A stretch of 62,518 nucleotides of DNA, counting the filler, from Phoronis australis (taxonomy: Eukaryota > Animalia > Phoronida), in NCBI GenBank assembly GCA_002633005.1. It is 2 parts of 2 records of this genome, joined end to end, with 100 filler letters (N's around TTAATTAATTAA, not from the genome) between each part and the next. Parts side by side here need not be neighbours in the genome. Positions count along the whole stretch, not along the records: positions 1 to 31,123 come from NMRA01001126.1; 1 more part is not named here. One strand, written 5' to 3'. Positions 1 to 12,159 of the stretch are shown here, in pieces (within the stretch, counting starts at the first letter, position 1; the number at the start of each line of letters is the position of its first letter). A program made the translations under genes and the position numbers. The notes below the pieces were generated by a model. The model searched no databases. It was not told the DNA's origin and saw nothing but the letters and a program-made list of their open reading frames with translations.

Positions 1-522
1 CGGATCGAAAAAGAAATTCAAGTCATTGCTCGTAAATTTGGAAAGATTGTCTTTGCATTTCCTTGATGCTTGTAGTTCCCAGTAGTATTGTGCAATGAAT
101 TTAGGTTCTTCTAAACCGAATCGTTTGCTTGACATTCCCGTGCATACTGCAAAGGCTGGACACGTCGTGACTAAGTGACGCACCCACGTTAAAAATAAGG
201 TGTTGGCTGCCCGCGTAGAATCCGCGCACAGTGATTGACGGGAAAAGAACTTGAACATCAGGAGTTGAAATGTGTGCATTTTTGGGACACGCGTTCCATA
301 GCATTTTCCCCAGCCGTCCGGCGGCAGAAGCTGGACCAGGGGCTGTGTTTCAACAATGAATTTTGATACAGCTCTATAGGCCAAGGATTTCGGGATCATA
401 ACTTTCAAAAAAATCTTCAGGAAATGACCGTATTAAAATAAACTTTTCCCGAAACTGGGTCAAACAGAATGACCTTGGAGCCAGAACACGGGTATAGGTT
501 CGAGTTAAGCCGCACGTCTCAA

Positions 523-629
523 ATGAATCATAGCGGAGCTGACCAGCGACTAGCATTAGTTCTTCGAATTGCGCATGAATCATAACGGAGCTGACCAGCG
601 ACTAGCATTAGTTCGTCGAATTGCGCATG
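523..629. repeat. 52-bp tandem duplication (2 copies)
   Basis: ATGAATCATARCGGAGCTGACCAGCGACTAGCATTAGTTCKTCGAATTGCGC starts at 523 and at 575, with 2 mismatches. Confidence 0.9.
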
Positions 630-1039
630 CATGCATCGGACTTCCCGGCGACTCGGACGCCACGACACCTGCCACCGACCCGTGGCGGGAGCGGCTAATT
701 TCTTGACTAACACCTGCTTCTAAAACTGGATTTAAGCAACATGACAAAGTCCACTCTTACACATGTGCAAGTGTATCCAAATACAATTAAATGTATTTTC
801 ATGTGAAACCATTCAATGTTCTTTGAACTTGACTTGTGTGAGTTCTTAATTTTCTTAGATCTGCCCAATCTGCGTTTCAAGTCATTCGCTATAGGCACCG
901 GAGGGTTCAAATTGGAAGTTCGCGTCGTATGACATCGTATGACGTCATATGACGTAGAAGATGCGAGCCTCATTTGCATATATAAGTGACATCTGTTGGT
1001 TCAAAAAAGAGGATCATGCCCGAGTACATGCCTGGGAAG

Positions 1040-1455
1040 AGGCATCTTTTTAAGGGTAAAACAAGTCATGTTCAAAGCATCCTAGTGCCATTAATATGCA
1101 GTCTTTGGGGACCAAAGTGGTGTCATTTTATAGCTTAAGAGTTAAGCTTTCGAACACAATGCTTGGATTCCTGACGACTTTAACATTTACTTTTGAAATC
1201 GCTTTTGAATATTCGTTAAAATGCGCTAAAACAGTTGTCCCTTCCTGGTTATCTCTTCCTGCTTGTACGGATTACACGTACACGCATACTCCTCTTCACA
1301 AGGACGCAATGTGGTCTAGTGGGATAAGTGCCCTTCCAACGATATTAACCTGTATTGACGACTGGAATTCTTTACCATTCAATATAAAAGAAAGCACTTC
1401 AATTGTCACTCTCAAAATAACTATAAAATGCATACCCCTACTCAAGACTTGCTAG
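1040..1455 (+). mobile_element. Degenerate 3' end of a CR1/L2-clade LINE reverse-transcriptase ORF
   Basis: Translation ...LKCAKTVVPSWLS...CIDDWNSLPFNIKESTSIVTLK resembles the conserved 'WNSLPxxIK...FK' C-terminus of L2/CR1/Crack ORF2; upstream 'CSLWG' motif lies in another frame; AT-rich tail follows. Confidence 0.6.
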
Positions 1456-2009
1456 TCCCATTGACATCATTCCAACTAACCTTCCTCGCAACCATGAGAT
1501 AACACTATACAGATCAAGATGCGGTCTATTCCTAAACAATGAGAAATTTTAGACATAATTTTAATAATATTTCACCTCTGTAATCCTGTGGAGACACCAA
1601 GACATATCCTCATGTTTTCTTTGCTTGTGAGGTATGCAAGGAGCAGACGGTACAGCTTTTCCAGACACTCGAACAATACCACAACGCTTACAAAATATAT
1701 TCTGAAATTCAGCTATTGTACAACAAAATTACTTTTTTTCTATATGGATATAAAAAACTCAACCCAAATAAAAATAAGGTTTTATTTGAAATAGTATCAA
1801 AATTTCTATACGACAATAAATCTCTTTCTGTGAGTTGAAAGAACTGTGTACATGTGTATGAAAAAGAATTATTTACATTCGTAATCGTATATCATTGTAA
1901 TCTTAACATGTTTTATTTATGTACTCGTGCAAAATAATTGTATATAGACTTCTTTGTATTTTTTTAACCCAGATATAATGCCTCTTGGCGCTTTCTGGGT
2001 TATGTATAT

Positions 2010-2720
2010 TCATTGTATAGTGCCCTCCTTTACTCAAGGTTGTGGGTTCGAGTCCCATGGAGGCACACTGTTGGAAGCTTGAGTCAGATTTCTAACTCCT
2101 CAGCTCGGTTTCAACTAATAAAGCATAAAAATGGTTCCAGGTGATCAGTGCAATGGTCGTACCAGAGCAACCTGCGCACGTCTAGTATAAAAATACTGTA
2201 AACTTTAGTTTTTTAGATGCTGGAAGGAAATCTAATTCCAGTATTTAGCTATCCCTTCTCCTCGATATAATGGAATTACAGAAATGCTTATTTCGCATTT
2301 CCCATAAATTTAACATTTCGTCGGCAAAAAGAGGTGTATTTTCCTTATTTCAGTTCAATATGACGTTTGACCTCTCATCTTACCTTGACTTTGACCTTGC
2401 ATCCATGAAATAATAGCCCAAAAACCATTAGAAACGATACATTGCAGGACACTAAAAGCCATCATGTTCGGAAAGTTGAAATGAGGCGAAATTCAAGATG
2501 GCGGAAGCCGCCATCTTGAATAATAAAAAATGCTCGAAGTTGCACAAAGTGCAAGCAAGTTAATTTTGTTCTTCTAACCACATATGATAATTTTCCAAAA
2601 GAAAACTTTACAGTAAACAACATTGGAGGGTCAACTTTTGGGCAACTAGACTACAGCAACTGTGCCCTGAGAAAGAGCACCCCCCGAAAACCATATGTCC
2701 ATTCTGTTACATAGGGAGTT
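2010..2720 (+). mobile_element. tRNA-derived SINE-like remnant interrupted by a DNA-transposon fragment (~2181-2654)
   Basis: Pol III B-box GGTTCGAGTCCC at ~2046 without a cloverleaf; the inserted segment ends ...GGAGGGTCAACTTTTGGGCAACTAGACTA (TAG-type terminus, Academ-like by recollection) and contains the palindrome CAAGATGGCGGAAGCCGCCATCTTG. Confidence 0.45.
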
Positions 2721-3812
2721 TGAATGTTTAAATTGATTCCTGCCATTAACTTGGAATTTTGACCCAATAATCGAGCCCATGGCTATTCTTTTCACAGGAG
2801 GGCATCAAGGCTAAAAGTTTCGTTTATTGATTTGTATAGTTTCCTCTACTTTCAATTAACGAAACTTTAACCTACTTTTTGTGACCCATTTAATAGTATT
2901 TTGAACTAAGGTCGCAATTTGACAACCGTTTGGAACATCAACAAATGAGTGTATTTTTTTAGAAAAGGTACTCTAAACCCTTTGTTTTTTTTTCTTGGGA
3001 ATAAATTGTCGATATATATTCGAAACAGTAGTATTATGGAAATTAAATACAGATGAAAGAATCTTTGTCTTCGTTTTCATTTTAGCATCTTCATTACTCG
3101 TCATTTTAATCAGTTTTTCCTAACTCTAACAGCTGGTAAATAACTAAAAAATCAAACAAAAAATTATGATGATTGATTAAAACAGGCATTTTTGAAATCG
3201 GCCGACTGGTTGCAATGAAATAAGCAAAACCTCTGAACAGCTATATCGAAAACACTAATTGCGATAAACAGGATTGAAGCCAAACGATCATGCAGGTAAA
3301 TAAATGAAAACACCTTTCCGTGACTAGTATGGATACCTGATAAGCGGAGCGTATCGCTAGTGCATTGTCCGAATGAAGAAAGACTCACTTTCCCTGTTAG
3401 GTTTCAAAATATAGGCCTACGCAAAGGGATGAAGAAGTGAAAATGAACGCTCTCACGTTGCAGTGCAGACAGAAGCAGGGTCAAATGTGACAGCCAAGAA
3501 TCTGTGAGTAAACCCTGGTAGTAAGTTCACATCTTGGCAGCCGTTTTCATTTAGCAAGGTTGCACGACTGGGAAATAGTTCTCTAACCGACGATGAACGC
3601 GGGTGCCAAATTAAGACGAATTTTGCGACAGTATATATAGAACATCTTTTAGCCAATGAAAACTGAAGATTTGAAAATTAACTGCTTTCTAAGCCAATCA
3701 AAATGCAGCTGTCACTTTTCATGCAATAAAACTATATTAGATAAGTCACGCTCACAAGAGCTAGGAAGAAGAAGAAGGGGGTGTATACACTGATCAAATC
3801 TCCAAGTTCCTA

Positions 3813-4335
3813 TCTATAATAAGTATAACGGGGGTTTTAACTATTTAGATATGACTCTGAATGTGACAAAAATCGAAAAAAGTTTTTGTTGTACTTTGTT
3901 TTTATATATATCGTATTTTTTAATTTTCAAAAATCCAATTTTACCTCCATTTTTTTCAAAATGCACAGGAATTATTATCAACTGTTTCCTCACGCAATAT
4001 TCTACTTATCCATACCAAATATATGTACAAAATCATTATGATCTTGATTTTGTGGCATTTTGGCGTGTGACTTGTGGCAAGCACGCCGCTTTCTGTCATT
4101 TGGTCACTTTCCGTCATCTGGTCCATGTATCATGAAACCTTGGCACGCGATTTTTCTTCAGTTCTAGAGGATTTCAAATTTGCATATTTCGTAAAAATGT
4201 ACCCACGTGTTGCGGAAAAACAGGGCCGAGAATCTTGTCACTACCCTGAAATCAAGCGGGCATCGATTGCCACTTGAGGTCAAAATTCGTTCACAATGCG
4301 CGGTCATTATGTTCCCATTTTTGTTGATGTACTAG
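3813..4335 (+). mobile_element. Putative non-autonomous Helitron-like element
   Basis: A|TCTATAATAAGTATAA 5' end at 3813; imperfect hairpin AAGCGGGCA-TCGAT-TGCCACTT near 4254; CTAG at 4332-4335, not followed by T, so imperfect. Confidence 0.35.
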
Positions 4336-4959
4336 AAATAAAGCTGATATTTACTTCATGTTTAGAAAATGTGACATACCTGTTTGTTTACAGCGTAATT
4401 TTAATAATTTTTACGAACTTGTGAAGCACAACAGACGAACAAAACAAAGCTGTCATGTGGGCGGAGCTTAGCATTGATCTATGTTGTCTGCTGTTCTGGT
4501 GTACCGACCAGACATCATTAAAACCATGTGTTGATTGTTTATGCCACTCATTGGCATTCTTCACTCAGTTTGGTAAAAGACCATCTAACTATATTACACA
4601 GAACTATTTGTTAGTACAGGATGTATTTCAGTATTATATGTAGCTACCGTCTCTTTGTGTTATTTCAAATCGCCGCGTTACTGTCTACATAACAATATTG
4701 GCGACGAGGATATAGAACTACTTTCATCGTAATGGTTCAAAATTTTCACTTGCCTGTACCGCCAACATTTTGACCGAATGGTTTTTGGGATAAGAAAATA
4801 GCACTTTCTGTGCAAATAGCGTCGCATGGGTGAGATTCCCAAGTTACAAAAAAATTTTATCTTGCTTTCCACTAAAATTGTATAATAATACCTTGAGTTT
4901 TAATTCAATGATACGTTTGAACACTGGATCATTTCTCTAATTCTATGGGTTACATCCCG

Positions 4960-7265
4960 GCCAACCCGCGATCGAGAACGCCCGGAAGGCGATCGAGAAC
5001 GAAATTTGGCGCGAGAAGCGAAGCCAGGCAAGGTGAATAAATTTGATGAATTTTCGTTGTTTTTACTTCCAATGTGTAAACAAAGACATGAGTTCAAGGC
5101 GTAACACATTGAGCAAGGGCAGGTAAAGGTTTAGGGTAGTGTCTCTTCCAATTATAGGAGAAAAGTCACGTTTACCGAGGTATCGCATGAGCTGAGGGTG
5201 ATTTGGCAAATTGCCGTTATTTTTGGCACTAAATCCATAAATTGACCATGGAGTTATGAAGAAATGACGAGTGAAAATACAACGCAACTCTTGTTTTTTG
5301 TAGTTTTGTCAGGATCTCTGATTTTACGACGCTTTTCTGTTGAAAGATGCGATCAAGAACGCAACGATAAGCGATCGGGATTGCAAATTTGTGTTTGTTT
5401 ATGCGATCGGTAACGCATCGTGGTGTGTCGAACAGTAATGAATTTTTTACTGAAAACGTTAACAAGATAACAAAATACGTATGGTCCAATGAATTAATCA
5501 CATTTTGCGTAATCATTGCGTTACTTTCGTATCAAAACTGAACAATAACACAGGATATTTCGATTAAATTGCCATGAGCACTACATGTAAATCAAGCATA
5601 ATTTTAGTTTAACAAACGAATTTATTTTCATTTAAGGAAACAAGTTTACTGTTATTGTGAGGCGAGCTGCAACGAACGTGAAGGTACACCCTACCAGGGT
5701 TTTGAAAAGTTCAGGTATCTACTATTAGACGAAACCACTGAGAACAAGGTGTTCTAAACTGAAGACTTACCTAGGAGTTGTTCCATGTGGCCTGTCAGCC
5801 AGGGATAAACAAGTTGTTGCAGCAGATGAAAGGGAGTGTGGAATCTTCTTGTAAAATTGTGATAGCAAAAGAAAAAAAACAAATAGCCAGTGAAGTCAAA
5901 GAATGATGGTGAGCTTGACCATGGGGAGAGAAGGGAGTGCTGCAACACTTCACGAGATGATTCAAAGATTCCACTCATAAACGTCTGGGATCTAGAAATT
6001 GGCCTGAAGTTGTGTAAATCGATGCTCTGATAAAACAGGGGGATTTTTTTGATGTTTTACTGATAACATCGATACAGAGATGAACAGATTGGCTTGTGGC
6101 TGTTTTGTAGTCTTGGTCCTAAGTTCGTCTGCATCATTAGTTCATGATCTCCAGTTTAATGTGACATTGAAAAAGATTGAGATATAATACACGTACTTAT
6201 ATGTGATTTTCTCAAAACGTAGTCAACATGTTGTCATTAAGGTCACTTCAACTACAAACCGTAGTGATTTACGCAGGAAATCAACGACAATATTTTAGCA
6301 TTTCTATTGTAATATTAATCTTTTATCACACATACCTCAAAATCGGTCTTACAAAAGTATATAAAATATTGCTTTAGGGAAATCAGCAATACAAATCCAT
6401 TGAACATTTCCAACTAATTATTTTTGGAATGTAGTGTATATCAGTGATTGATAGAATAATGGTCTCTCACAGGAAATCAACACCAATATGAAAGCAATTT
6501 CTACAATAATCATAGACATATATTTTCTTTTAAAAGACTAATTGGTCAAAACAATTGTATGTAAGTATTGCCCAATGACACTTAGATTGGCCAATTAAAT
6601 CTACCTAAACACTACACAACTGTACTGGTTCTGTTAAAGATCCTTAAGAAATAACACAAATATAGAAAGAAACTTGTGGAAAAAGGGTTCAAAACAAAAC
6701 GCCAAAATACCATCTCATCAGACAACTACATGTACCAACCACAAACTCTGTAATTCTGAATAAACTATAGTGACGTAACAACCTTCACTACTAGACTTAA
6801 TAACTTATTATACATCGTAGGCTTTGCCTACTCATACATAAATACATAAATTCAAATGTACTGTATACTCTGAGTATTTACACGGACAGCAGTTCTTCTC
6901 TTAAAGCTACAGCCTCCTAAACATACAATGCAAGGCGCTGAATACTGTCATGTTTTTTTGGAATAACCTATCCAGAGAATAAGGTCTCGAAGAACAGGGC
7001 ATCGACACAGGCTCATCTTCAAAGTTCTTCAAGTAATTTTGTCCAATACATTATTGGTTTACACATATGTTTTGTAATTAACAATTGACAAAATACCGTA
7101 ACTTGAACAATTATTCATGCCAATGCAGAGGAAAAAAATGTGTGTCCACGATCGCTTTTTGCGTTCACGATCGCTTTTTGCGTTCACGTTCGCTTTTTGC
7201 GTTCGCAATCACCGTAGAGAATTAATCACTTAATTCGTTCCCGATCGCCGTCTCACACAAGGACC
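4960..7265. mobile_element. Probable old DNA transposon with inverted subterminal repeats
   Basis: GCGATCRRGAACG motifs at ~4968, ~4989 and ~5349; reverse-complement CGTTCMCGATCGC motifs in a ~19-bp tandem array at 7147-7205 and at ~7236. Confidence 0.4.
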
Positions 7266-8917
7266 TGCTTGTATTGTATAGGCTCCGCCCCACTTGTCAG
7301 TCACTGAGCTGGTGAGCCGTCAAGCCATATGAGATACTGAAGCTCAAATATAATTAAAAAACAACTTTGGATTTTCAGTATGATTTTATATTTCTTCACT
7401 ATACTGTGCATCAAGAATTAAAGATTAGGATGACATAAAGATATAAAAATCAGTCAAAATTATTTTTTGTGTATCCACCTGCTTCAATGTAGGAATTTGT
7501 ACGGGGAATACTGCAGCTTCGTCCCCAAGCTTCAAGATGGCGCTGATCGACTTAGCCATTGAGGCTTAGTTATGGGAAATGAAATATGTCAGAATTCTGA
7601 GAAAAAAATTACAGGAATGGCCGGAATATCACTAGTAATAAAACTTTGAATTTTTTCAGTATGATATAAAAATGACAAGTAACGGTATATTGCAGCAATT
7701 TAGGTCTAAATTTTTGCAAAACTAATGCATTTTGATTCCAAAAGTGATTAATTTCTATGATAATATTAGAAAAGATTCAAACTTTATAACTAAAACAATG
7801 CCTTCTGCTTCATGAATGGTAGCAACAACGACTGCGAAATTAATTAAAGTCTGCCTTTGTTTCAATGACATCAAGGCAGCGGCCAGTCATTGCACAGACC
7901 GTAATTCCCATAACCAAGCCTAAAATGGAGAAACCGATCAGTGCCATTTTGAGGCTTCAGGACAAGACTGGGGGAATACTGTCGCATAGTTTTGAAACTT
8001 GGTCACTAGGTGTGGACATGAAAAGTAGATGTAGTGAAATTTTGGCAGTTATTTGAGGAAAGAAAAAACTAATTTGAAAGAATAATAGGCGCATCAACTT
8101 GAGATTTCCAATCGCCGCAAGTTGGGCATCACGAGACTTGCCAGTGGGCCGTCTAGTTGGTCTGTCCATAAGCCAGCGATTTCGTGCTTTCATCTTACTT
8201 AGTTTATATCCGCTTCAAGAAAATGATAACCATGCCAACCGAATTGGAGATTCTACGTGAGTTATTACCTGGCAAAAACAACAGCACGGGAGTAAAACGA
8301 TTACGTAACTTGTTTGGCTCAACAGATATGGGTGGGGTTCGTGATACTCTGCTATCCTGTCAATCGTCGGTTAACTGTAGACGTGTTACAAAGCCGAGAA
8401 AAGAAAGTGACTCGAAAAAATGCTTAAAAACAGTAATTTGTGCAAAAGCTGTTGTGTTCTTCAGTCACCTTTTTAATCAAAAATAAAAACAATTACACCA
8501 GAGAATCTAAAAAAATCAAATTCTAAGAAACCTAAGGGATCTTTAGACATTAAAAGCATCTTAAAAACCAAATGACATGAAGCCTACTACCGTCTTGATG
8601 AAGATCCGAGAGTCCCTGGCACACAAGTTTCAAAAATGCACTTCGGGAAACTTTTTTAATTTTAGTTGAAGTTTAATATGTAAAAAATAGTATATTACAT
8701 TATCGGCCTAATATATTAGGTCTAATTTAATTATTAAGCGGATTTATAAATCGTAATTAGATTAGTAATAGACTTCAAGGGTACAGGGAATAACATAAAT
8801 AAATAGCATATAAGTCAAAATATATGCATTCAGTGTGTCATACATGTATGTAACATAACGCACATAATACAAGCAATATGAGAATTTAAAATAATATTGC
8901 ACATTTCAAAAACCTGA

Positions 8918-10404
8918 AACTAGATATTTCTGTCAACATTTTGCGTTTTGCGAAGAATAGAAAATCATGGTAACAATTCTCTGAAAAGCAATTAAAGGAG
9001 TGTAGATGTATTTATGTGTGCGTATGGGTGCGTGTGAGCTTGCGTGTGTGCTAGCAAACCTTCACTAATACACGTTTGATTGTAGCGATCTAAAAATTGA
9101 ATTAATTTCAAAAGAGGAGATGTCCAATGTTCATTGTGAGCGTTGTAAACAACAAACATCAATGAAAGCGCTCCGAGGAGTGAAACTTGGCGAAATTAAC
9201 CACAAAAACCACGTTAGAGATGACGAGAAAAGACGACAGAGATGATGACGAAGATGACAGCTAAAACGACGATGGTGGCGATGATGGACAATGCAAGTTA
9301 TGATATCATTCATATGACGAACGTAGAGGTCAGAAATCATTAAGAAATAGGCTTCAGTCTTGAGCGACACTTGGCGAAATTTACTGAAGAAAAGACGACG
9401 TCGGAGATGGTGACGAAGATGACAAATATGATGATGGTGGTGGTGATTATGAACAACATCATAACATTCATATGACGAACTTAGATATCATATACATGTA
9501 TCAATAAGAAATAGGCTATAGTCTAGTTCAATAGAAGCTAAACCAACATCAATGCAGCAACAGCGCTCAACAAAGGGACTGCGCTATCAGAAAATCTCAA
9601 ATAACTCAAAAAGTAGACGTCCTAGCGAAAATGGAATTCATCTTCTAAAAGCCCGTTTAAAATTTTATCTGAACTAATGAAATCGCTTAATTCCGTGAAT
9701 TATTCGAAAAAAAACGAAATTTTGCGTTTTTTTAAGAAATTCAAAGTCAAATAACTCAAAAACGGAAAGTCTGAGAAAAAAATTGTTACAACTCATTTGA
9801 AAGGATATACTTCAAAGAATCCACATGCAAAAATCACGTCCTTTTCTCTTCCCGTTTAAAATGGCACTCCAGCACGACTGAAAATGGGTCAACATGCGCC
9901 AGATCCGCCATCTTGAAAGCAACATCGGGTTTTTCAATTTTGAATAACAGCATGTCATAAGATATAATTATCTGAAAAATGTCGAAGCAATTGGTCCTAT
10001 AATGCGCCCTCTACAGGAGAAAACGTATCTTTCACCGAAATCGAGGTGCGCATGCGCAATTGTCGACATTTCCACCATATTTAACCGGAAGTAATTTTTT
10101 TCCGGCACATCTGTACCACTTGCCCTGTGTAACAACCGTGCCGATTTTCAAGTGTGTACGCAAAAAATTGCGGTCTCCATGACACTTTTAACCTGAAAAT
10201 GTATACAAAATGGCCGCCATGTCGGCCCCCTTGAATCTGATTATGACGATAAACAATAGGCTTCCAGGACTTTTGGGTCCACAAATTGTGTGCAAATGTT
10301 TTGAGAATCGGATGAAAAATGCGACCTGTATCGTACGAACAAAAAAAAACTTAGTGTCAGAGCAACATACTTGGAGGAATTCGAAGAATTCCGCCAAGTA
10401 ATAA
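8918..10404 (-). mobile_element. Helentron-associated (HINE/DINE-1-like) non-autonomous element, family A
   Basis: Terminal hairpin TACTTGGAGGAATTC-GAA-GAATTCCGCCAAGTA (10368-10400) followed by ATAA; AACTAG at the other end (8918); internal (GAT/GAC)n-rich duplicated subunits; clearly homologous to 35871-38004 and 45756-47840. Confidence 0.6.
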
Positions 10405-11599
10405 AATTGCTATTTTGCATCTTCAAAGCGTATTAAAAGACGGTAGTGGCACAGGGAGCAATGTATTTAACTGCGTTTATGTGTCACATGACTATAAACA
10501 GTAAAGGGCCATGGTCTAAAGTGAAGGAGCAGATATTTTGGTACCTGGAACTTGCTAATAGTGGAAGAAATGTATACGATTGTCAGTATTAGAGTGCGGA
10601 ATGACGAAGACGGCTCAAGGTTAATGCATGTAGGTACCAAGGCAGCGGGTTGGACTGGAGGTAAGATAAAAGCCCTTATCAGAATAGTGACCGGATGGGG
10701 GGTTACGCTTTCATTGTCGCGCCGGGTCGCAAAACTTTTCAGCCTCGGACGGGATATTCTTGCCGAGCACTAGCTGTTTTGTTGATTGAGAGGCCGTATC
10801 TCGCTTTTGGAACCCCAAGTTGGCTATATCGACCGCGTCTAGTTTGCAGGTGCCCTTCTTGGTTGTATTTATTACTGGAGATAAGCACTGAAATTGACCG
10901 ATGAGATTACTAGACGATTAGTTCGGAATGACACGACACTGGAGTAAGCAACGAAAAGACAACGTTTAGCGTGCTGCGCGTTTTTTTGATTTGCGCTATA
11001 TGCTGATGACGTCTTTAAAACTGGGGTAAATCCATATACTGCGCAGGCCCATTTATGGATTCCTAAAACGCGCAACACTTTAAGAATCGTGACAATTTAC
11101 GGGTAATAGAACAAGCTAGGACCCGCTGGGTCCGAGCATAAATAAGTTCGTGCTACTGTAGGAAATCAATAAAATCGTTCATTCAAACTCTAATAGAGTT
11201 GTGATAGTGAGCAGTCATTAATTGTTAAACTTGTACATCATGCAGAATTTGGGGGCAAACTTTGTTGTGCAGTCATTGGTTGAATAGGTAATGAACGTGT
11301 ACACGTCGTACCTGAGGATGACAGTCGGTATGTGTCAATTATTCACGTTGCAGTCGTTGTCTCGCAAAATGCCTTACAAAGTTTATCGTGACAGAGCTTT
11401 TCCTGGGTCCGTTAACGCTATCTATTCAGGTGACGTGATCTTCAAACAGACTGCGTGTTCCCAAACAGGGGCTGGTTGGGAGTTAGCACCTGCCATTCAT
11501 GGGGAGAGATCACAAGAATTCTCGTGCCACGACGCTTCATTTAAGTAGATTCCAAGCACGAGAGTCCATTCTGATTAGGAGTTTGAAATATACGACATC

Positions 11600-11657
11600 A
11601 TGAAATTTTTTATTCTATGCACTTTGGTTGTTGTGGCTTCGGCCTTTAAGGGTCTGG
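11600..11657 (+). CDS. Exon 1 (signal peptide) of a secreted two-domain thyroglobulin type-1 (thyropin-like) protein
   Basis: ATG at 11600, MKFFILCTLVVVASAFKGL (hydrophobic signal peptide), GTAAGT donor at 11658, phase 1. Confidence 0.85.
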
Positions 11658-12038
11658 GTAAGTCACTGATTATTAAATTCGATTCCACTGAACATTTCAA
11701 TAAAATATAAAAGCAATCATACAGGAAGTCAAAGAAATGCGATTGGACTCAATTTTCGCTATTTTTCGATTTAAGAGTCAAGCTTCAAGTCTTTATAACT
11801 ACTTCATTTGCGCTCGGTTAAATCAAATTTAGAACGCCTGTTCAATTCAAGCGACGCGGGAACTTCGTCGACCATGTGCATCAGAAGTTCTGTCTTGCAA
11901 AAGAAGTTTGCACAATTCGTATGATTTACAAGATTTGAGTTCTGGATAGACCAGATATTTATGTTCTGCATACATGTATGTCTGTAAAAACGTATTCCGC
12001 AACATCAAAGAATTTTTTTAAGTCAGTGTAACTTTCAG

Positions 12039-12159
12039 ACCTGGATCCTGACTGTGGAAAGGAACTTCAAAGCTCCCAAGGTAGAGGTCTCCTGGGTGCC
12101 TTTAAACCACGCTGTACCGATGAGGGGAAATACGAGGCTGTTCAGTGTCGTGGATCAGT
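12039..12159 (+). CDS. Exon 2 of thyropin-like gene (thyroglobulin type-1 domain 1, N-terminal part)
   Basis: TTTCAG acceptor; DLDPDCGKELQSSQGRGLLGAFKPRCTDEGKYEAVQCRGS contains the FxPxCxxxGxYxxxQC motif; GTAAGT donor at 12160, phase 2. Confidence 0.9.

Noticed and set aside
9131-9370. His/Arg-rich small ORFs (also 36652-36933 and 46537-46818)
   Set aside because: Translations of (GAT/GAC)n microsatellite-like tracts inside repeat family A.
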